A stretch of 64,000 bases of DNA. Origin: an uncultured Gemmatimonadaceae bacterium (lineage in GTDB: Bacteria > Gemmatimonadota > Gemmatimonadetes > Gemmatimonadales > Gemmatimonadaceae). How positions within the stretch are numbered: position 1 is the first letter of the stretch; the number at the start of each line of letters is the position of its first letter. Under the pieces are notes generated by a model. The model was given only the letters and a program-made list of their open reading frames with translations, was not told the DNA's origin and made no database searches. The DNA lies in the NCBI GenBank assembly GCA_963829055.1, contig CAWHHI010000012.1, positions 32,001 to 96,000 of the forward strand, given 5' to 3'. Positions 57,758 through 64,000 of the stretch are shown piece after piece. Position numbers and translations under genes: made by a program.

Positions 57758-57912
57758 TGGGCGAAGGATGATCCACCGCGTGCGCCGGGATCAAGGTGGT
57801 CGAGCGTCGATCGTTCGACGTGAGGGCAATGAGAAAGGCGACCGAGGCTGTTCGCCGCACGACCGCCTTTCGATTCCCTATTCCCGATTCCCTATTCCCG
57901 TTTTTTTGCGCG

Positions 57913-58305
57913 TCAGACGTCGCTCACCGGACCAGTCGCCGGAGGCGGCGTGCCCTCGTCAGGCTTCGATCCGTTGCCGTTCCATCCCATGATCCAGCGG
58001 AGCAGCCACACGAGGAGGACGATCGGGAGAATGATCTTGAGCGCCAGGAGCCCGAACGACAACACGGCCGAGAGAATGGCCAGTAGCGCACCACCGAGCA
58101 GGAACACCAGAATGAACGGCATTCCAAAGAGTGCAAGCATGAAGAGAATCGGGAGCGCGAGCACCCCGAGTACCATGAGCACCGGCAAGCCCACCATCTT
58201 CAACACGAAGGCGATCGGAACCAGAATTCCCAACGAGCCAAGGCTCTGGAGCAGCCACTTGAGCATGGCCCACTTGAGCAACAGGCCCTTGATCAGGATC
58301 CACAT
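57913..58305 (-). CDS. Hydrophobic hypothetical membrane protein
   Basis: MWILIKGLLLKW...; nearly all hydrophobic with several TM helices; GAGG RBS upstream. Confidence 0.7.
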   Translation of the reverse strand: MWILIKGLLLKWAMLKWLLQSLGSLGILVPIAFVLKMVGLPVLMVLGVLALPILFMLALFGMPFILVFLLGGALLAILSAVLSFGLLALKIILPIVLLVWLLRWIMGWNGNGSKPDEGTPPPATGPVSDV

Positions 58306-58392
58306 CGGCGTACCTCGTATCGGGGAAATGGGTGCCACACCCTACGGCGCCGACCACGGACGCGGTTTCAGAAGATTCACCCCAATCTCTGC

Positions 58393-59412
58393 GTGAGCCA
58401 GTCGACCTCCGCTCATCACGACCCGGGCACGCGAGCGGCCATCGACCGCGCCGCGGCCGTGACAGAGGCACCCACTGAAGCGATCACGTTCCCGAACGGG
58501 CATCGAATCCGCGTGGGCACCGCCAGTTGGACGGATCGCACCCTGCTGCCCACCGGTCTGTTCTACCCCTCCGGCGTCGAGTCCGCCGAGGAACGGCTTC
58601 GCTACTACGCGAATCGCTTCCCGCTCGTCGAGGTCGATTCGTCGTACTATGGCCTACCCGTGCGACGGAACGCCGAGCTCTGGGCGAGCCGAACGCCTGA
58701 CGGATTTCGGTTCGACATCAAGGCCTTCGCGCTGATGACCGGGCATCCGACCGAGGTCGCTCGGCTCCCGAAGACGCTGCGCGATGCACTGCCACCCACG
58801 ATGGCGTCGCAGAAACGCGTCTACGCCCGTGATCTACCGCCGGAGATCTACGAGGAAGTCTGGGCGCTTTTCCGCGACGCCATCGAGCCGCTCATCGCCG
58901 CGGACAAACTTGGCTCCGTGCTGCTGCAGTATCCCCAGTGGTTCATGCCGGGCACCGCCGCGCGCAACGCCATTCTCGAAGCACGCGATCGGCTCGCCGG
59001 AGTGCCGTGCACGATCGAGTTCCGGAATCGCGCGTGGTTCGATGAGCGCAGTCGCGAGCGCAACCTCGCCTTCCTCCGCGACAACGCGCTGCCCTACGTT
59101 ATCGTCGATGAGCCTCAAGGGCTTCCTAACAGCGTGCCGCCCATCGCGGCGGTCACCGCGCCTTCACTCGCGATCGTGCGCTTTCACGGGCGTCGTGATG
59201 ACATTTGGAACCGGCGCGGCGTGAAGGTGGTGGACAAGTATCGCTATCTCTACGACCGGGACGAGCTCGCGACTTGGGTGCCCCGCGTCCTCGAAGTTGC
59301 CGAGAAGGCAGACGACACACACGTCGTGTTCAACAACTGCTACGCGAATTACGGTACTACCAACGCGCTCGAGATGAGCGCCATGCTGGCCGAGGCGGCT
59401 ACACACGGGTAG
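58393..59412 (+). CDS. DUF72 (YecE/YunF family) protein
   Basis: RVGTASW, YYANRFPLVEVDSSYY, FRFDIKA, LLQYP, EFRN, VDEP, RFHGR, YRYLY, FNN. Confidence 0.93.
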   Translation: MSQSTSAHHDPGTRAAIDRAAAVTEAPTEAITFPNGHRIRVGTASWTDRTLLPTGLFYPSGVESAEERLRYYANRFPLVEVDSSYYGLPVRRNAELWASRTPDGFRFDIKAFALMTGHPTEVARLPKTLRDALPPTMASQKRVYARDLPPEIYEEVWALFRDAIEPLIAADKLGSVLLQYPQWFMPGTAARNAILEARDRLAGVPCTIEFRNRAWFDERSRERNLAFLRDNALPYVIVDEPQGLPNSVPPIAAVTAPSLAIVRFHGRRDDIWNRRGVKVVDKYRYLYDRDELATWVPRVLEVAEKADDTHVVFNNCYANYGTTNALEMSAMLAEAATHG

Positions 59413-59447
59413 CGCCGTGCGGCCCGATCCGAGCAGCGGGAGTGGCA

Positions 59448-60452
59448 ATGACTGATCACACCAGGCTCGTCCGCGATCACCTCGCGGACGGATCACCACT
59501 GCCAGCCATTCCCCTCATCATCTCGGAGCCGATCGTCATGCGCGATCGCATGGATCTGCCGGCGGTCCGCTCGGAACGGCCGGCGGTCCGCCTGCGATTC
59601 GTGTGGCGCGGGAAAGCTCACGATCCGATGTTCGTGTTTCAGAATTGCCGTGAGCCGAGCTGGGAGCGAGTCGACATCACGGTCGAGAACCCGCTCGAAG
59701 CGGCGTTCGTCATGGAGCGCACGCGCCACGGGCCGGGCGTGATCCCGAGTACCATGCATCAATGGCGCGACGTTAGGGTCTTCGGAAACGGGGTGCTCGA
59801 ACGAGGATTCTGGCATCGCCGCGGCGACTTTGACGAAAACAACGAGCACGCCCGGTTCGACTCGGTTTCCGTGTACGGCTACACTGATTGCGGTTGGCTC
59901 ATCGAGGGCACGCAGTCGAAGGAGCATCTGTTCACGCATTGCCGCGCGAACGGCGACACGACGGGTCGCGTTGGGGTGCGCTCCTTCGGGTCGTTTCAGT
60001 GGATCGGCGGAGCAATGAGCGGCCACGCCGAAAGTTGCTTTGCGCTCGGTCCGCCCTGCGACGTCGTACGCATCGAAGGCGCTGGCTGTGAGACGTCCGC
60101 CCGCCTCCTTACGGCGAAGGGGCCTACGGGGAACGCGTATCCGGTGCTGCTCGAGCAGGTGCGATTCATGACCGATCGTCTGCATCCGGACGGCGTGATG
60201 ATCGATTTCGGCGCGCCAGGCCCGCTCACCATCCGCGGCGGTCAGTTCGGCAATGGGCACCAGCCGATCCCAACGATTCGGATGCGGACCGTGGCCGATC
60301 TGGCGTTCATCTGCGAAGGGGCCGCGTTCGACGCGTGGGGCTCCCACGAACACGCCGAACACATCTTCGACCTTCCGACGAATACCGGGCGCGACGTGCG
60401 CATCGTCGCCAACCTCTTCGCCGACGCGAACGGAATGGCGCGCCGTCGATAG
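59448..60452 (+). CDS. Hypothetical protein, possible right-handed beta-helix
   Basis: Intact ORF from ATG 59448 after GGGAG; repeated short beta-strand/Gly-turn segments; no family recognised. Confidence 0.6.
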   Translation: MTDHTRLVRDHLADGSPLPAIPLIISEPIVMRDRMDLPAVRSERPAVRLRFVWRGKAHDPMFVFQNCREPSWERVDITVENPLEAAFVMERTRHGPGVIPSTMHQWRDVRVFGNGVLERGFWHRRGDFDENNEHARFDSVSVYGYTDCGWLIEGTQSKEHLFTHCRANGDTTGRVGVRSFGSFQWIGGAMSGHAESCFALGPPCDVVRIEGAGCETSARLLTAKGPTGNAYPVLLEQVRFMTDRLHPDGVMIDFGAPGPLTIRGGQFGNGHQPIPTIRMRTVADLAFICEGAAFDAWGSHEHAEHIFDLPTNTGRDVRIVANLFADANGMARRR

Positions 60453-60570
60453 ACGCCGCTGGACGCCGTTCTGTAGTCACGTGCCCTTCGTGTCGCAGTG
60501 GTCGTCATCGGGCATGGTCCCGTGCGCAAGATCGAGGCGCGGAACCACCCGCTGCCTATAGGGAAGGGCG

Positions 60571-60855
60571 ATGAGCGATCCAACGAACCGGTCACACACA
60601 CCACCCTCCGTCACCGGACGCCGACGGCGCTTCACCGGCGCGCATCCGTACCCGGCGCTTCCACAATCGCGCTTGCCATTGCTGCGCGGGATGCTGTGGC
60701 TGACCTGGGCCGCCTGCCTCGCGATCGTCGACAGCGTGCTCGAGCTTGTGCCGGGCACCACGCGGTCTCGGCGTCGCAAGCGCAACCGCGGTGCGTCAGA
60801 GCCGGCAGCGGTGCCGCGTAGTCCGCGACTCCCTTCACTGACACCTACCGGATGA
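60571..60855 (+). CDS. Possible small membrane protein
   Basis: GGAAGG RBS-like sequence, one hydrophobic segment (MLWLTWAACLAIV). Confidence 0.35.
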   Translation: MSDPTNRSHTPPSVTGRRRRFTGAHPYPALPQSRLPLLRGMLWLTWAACLAIVDSVLELVPGTTRSRRRKRNRGASEPAAVPRSPRLPSLTPTG

Positions 60856-60995
60856 CACCCGCGTACGAGATCGAACGCGGGCGCGTCGCGCTGACTGCCT
60901 CGCCTAACGTGTTCAATTCGAGGGGGTCGGCCGCGCTGAGTCGATCACCCGCGGATCGCGGGCGTTAGTCCGCTTCACACCAAACAGTGTCGTCG

Positions 60996-61611
60996 ATGCG
61001 CGGCTCGTTTGCGTTCCTGCTTCCCCTCTACTTCGGTGCCGCCCTGTTCGGCGTGAACGCGGCGGCCAATACCGTGACACCGCTAGCTGCAGCGGCTGAC
61101 ATGACCGTCGTCGCCGGGCCCATCCGGGCACGCTGGGAGCGACGCCCGCAACGACCCATTCGCGTCTTCATTGCGGCGGCACGGACGACCCCGGGTTGGC
61201 AACCCGAACTCGTCGAGGCCGCCTGGGCCGGATTTCGGCGGTGGTCCACACCCGACGTTCCGGTTCGATTCGCACGCGTCTGGTCCGCATCGGACGCCGA
61301 CGTAGTCGTCGAATGGGTCGGATTCACTTCCCGGGACATGCATTGGCAAGACGTGGCGCGAGGAGATCGGTACCGAGATCAGCAACGCGCGGATTACGCT
61401 CGCTCTGCACGATCACCGCGGCCGGACACTCACGCCCGAGATGCAGCGCGGCGCGGCGCTCCACGAGATCGGCCATCTGCTCGGGCTCGAACACGTCGCG
61501 CACCGCGACTCGATCATGTACCCGCAGGTGTGGGTCACCGACATCGCCGATGCCGACAGGAACGCGTTGCGGAATCTGTATTCGACTCGCCCACCGGCGG
61601 TGGCGGACTAA
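60996..61611 (+). CDS. Matrixin (M10) family zinc metalloprotease, frameshifted near 61320
   Basis: Signal peptide; HEIGHLLGLEH...SIMYP (HExxHxxGxxH + Met-turn) read from 61441. Confidence 0.85.
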
Positions 61612-61659
61612 CTGGCCAAGGTTGGCGGACACCATCGCCCAGTCGGCGGCGCGCTGGAT

Positions 61660-62056
61660 CTACTCGTTCCTGATGGCGAAGGTCGAGATGGAGATCGGGC
61701 TTCCAACCTGCAGCTCGAGCCGCTGACCGGGCCCCAACACGACGGGATCCGTGACGTATCCGCGCGTCGCGCCGATGGGATCCGCTAGAATCTGAACCTC
61801 GCTGCCGCCGCTAATCGCCTGAGCCGGCAGCCGGAATGTCTGTGTCGACGAGCCGCCCACCGTACCGACGCGGAACCGGGCCGATCCACGCACGGCATAG
61901 ATCACGACGTCCAGCCAATTATCGTTCCGGACGGTAACACTCCGCGCCACCGTCCCATCCCCGGAGCGTCTGCTGATCGGAAACACGATTGGTAGCACAG
62001 GCACTCGAGATGACAGCCGCGACCAACGCCAACCCACCTAAGGTTCTCCGTACCAT
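61660..62056 (-). CDS. Hypothetical lipoprotein, frameshifted
   Basis: MVRRTLGGLALVAAVISSAC lipobox; VTVRNDNWLDVVIYAVRG..RVGTV..LADPIG. Confidence 0.7.
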
Positions 62057-62235
62057 CGTTCCTCCCTCTCCGTTGCCCGGCCGCCCTTTATCGAGTACTC
62101 CGTAGCGCGCGCGGTGTGCCATTCGCCTCCGGAGAAACGAGGAAAGAACGCGCGAGTGGTCCGTGGGATGCAAACGACGGCGGCACGTGAACGGTCGCGC
62201 TGGGCGACGCACTTTCGGTGTGGCCAATACGAAGG

Positions 62236-62270
62236 AGCCCCGGCGACCGCGAAGGTCACCGGGGCTTTTC
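62236..62270. terminator. Hairpin terminator downstream of tRNA-Ile
   Basis: AGCCCCGG.GACC-GCGAA-GGTC.CCGGGGCT-TTTC. Confidence 0.65.
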
Positions 62271-62284
62271 AATCGCTTCCGTTA

Positions 62285-62358
<74 letters not shown>

Positions 62359-62592
62359 GGAAAGAGTCGCGAAAACTAGCCACGCCTATGAGTTGAGTCA
62401 ACCGACGAACCCTTGGAATGCAAGTGAGCCCAACAGTACGGGGAACAGAAATTGCCCCTTCGACGATACGAGATGTCGCGTGCGCCGCCGCTGTCAGCGG
62501 GCGCCCCATGGCACCGTCGATGACACTCGACGAAAGCACCATCGCCCGGCGACGTCCGGTCCGTCACTACCGCCGCCCAAATTAATTCACTT

Positions 62593-63421
62593 ATGCTGGA
62601 ACGATTCGGAGGCAGGGTCATGATCACGATCATCATCCTGTCCCTCCTCGCCGCGCTCATTCTCATTGCAGCGTTCGTGGCACGAAGACGGAGACGGACG
62701 GAACGAGGCGGGGATGCGATTCCGCTCTTCTCGGTGCCGTCCAATTCGCCCGCCGCCATCCCCCGACCCGCGACGACCGCAGGTCGTGCGACGCGCAACA
62801 CCCCGCCGATGCCGCACGATCACGTGCCTTCGCCTCGGAACCACACTGCCGAGCAGGCAGTGCGCTTCGCGCCGACCACCGCCACGATCAAGACGCGCGA
62901 CGGCGGTGTCTCCACGCTCCCGCTCTCCTCACACGCAGAGCAACCAGGATCGGCTGATCAGGAACAACTTGGCGAGGAAGTCGACGGCCAATCATTGCGG
63001 TTCTGGCGTCCCGCGGACGGCACGCTCCAGTTCTTACCGGGGCGACTCGTGATCGCTGCGGGACGCGATGTCGGCCAGGAGATCCGGTTCGTGCGCACGG
63101 AAGGACCCGACGGCACGCGCATTACGTTTGGCCGCGCCGAAGGCGCGCCGTACCGCCACGTGCAGCTCCGGGAGCCGACGGTAAGCCGAGCGCATGCGCA
63201 GATGACATACGAGCAGCCATCGGTGTCGAACGGATCCGGATCGCGGGGTATAACCGGAATCACGTCCCATTGGCGCCTCGAGAATCTGTCGTCGACGAAC
63301 CCCGTCGCGGTCAACGGTCGGCCGCTTGAATGGTCAGGGCGGGCCCTCCGCATCGGTCATCCTGGCTGAGGGTGATCGGATTGAAATGGGTGAGGTCGCC
63401 TTCATCTTTCACTCGCGCTAA
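62593..63421 (+). CDS. Membrane-anchored FHA-domain protein, C-terminal frameshift
   Basis: N-terminal TM helix; ITFGR, PTVSRAHA, LENLSSTNPVAVNG; LAEGDRIEMGEVAFIF in shifted frame. Confidence 0.85.
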
Positions 63422-63495
63422 TGTTCCTGTCCCCGGCCGCCACTTGCCGTCGTCCGGTATCTGCGTCACAACCGCGGGAAAGAAGAGCTGGCTGA

Positions 63496-64000
63496 TGCTT
63501 GGTGATACGGAAGAACAAGTCGTCACAACCGATCTCGAGAGCGAATACGAGATACTCGGCGAGCTTGGCCGCGGGGCTACTGCTGTCGTGTATCGCGCGC
63601 GCGATCGCGAGCTCGGTCGTGAAGTCGCGATCAAGGTCATCCGTCCGAAATTCGCGGACGATGACGAGGCGGTAGCGCGCCTCGCGTCGTGAGGCGCGGA
63701 CGGTCGCGCAGCTTGGGCATCCGAACATTGTCACGCTCTACGCGGTCCGACGTGTTCGCGACGGCAGCCTTGCACTCGTTATGCAGCTCGTGCCGGGCAG
63801 AACGTTGCGCGAGATGCTGAACGAGCGCGGCCCGTGCACGTTCGAGCGAGCTGATCGGATCCTTCGCGATGTTGCCTGCAGCGCTCGCGCACGCGCACCA
63901 GCGAGGCATCGTTCACCGCGATGTGAAGCCCGAGAACATTTTCATCGACGAAAACACGGGCCATGCACTGCTCTCGGACTTCGGCGTCGCGCGCTCGCTC
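63496..64000 (+). CDS. Hanks-type Ser/Thr protein kinase, partial and frameshifted
   Basis: [55 protein letters not shown]. Confidence 0.93.

Overview
High-GC bacterial chromosomal window. Gene content and style suggest Gemmatimonadota (inference: SusC/SusD in a high-GC genome, lineage-typical lipoproteins, GWxTD-like protein). Many genes are split by single-base frameshifts, most likely long-read consensus errors, so several boundaries are approximate. Bases 1-~12.8 kb look like an accessory island abutting the 3' end of tRNA-Gly(CCC). It carries FixJ-type regulators, a MASE4-type kinase, a DipZ-like redoxin, an MBL-fold hydrolase, a cupin and three tandem epoxide hydrolases. The rest looks like core chromosome: MarR/SRPBCC, DksA-like, a 7-tRNA cluster behind efp, tesA-ybbA-ybbP, several peptidases, SusC/SusD, M1P guanylyltransferase, UbiE-like methyltransferase, a very large TPR/HD-GYP/GGDEF/STAND-NTPase/TPR protein, an OmpR-type two-component pair, CorA, BatA, GGDEF-EAL, a xanthine-dehydrogenase-family trio, DUF72, matrixin, tRNA-Ile, and an FHA + Ser/Thr kinase pair. 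The strongest unexplained signal is a non-palindromic 7-8-mer, (R)CCTAACG/CGTTAGG(Y). I counted 50 exact copies by hand, on both strands, written into genes with rare codons in several reading frames and sparser in the putative island. Composite long palindromic intergenic elements, TGTCAT-type REPs and GGGAA(T/C)-heptamer tandem repeats are also present.
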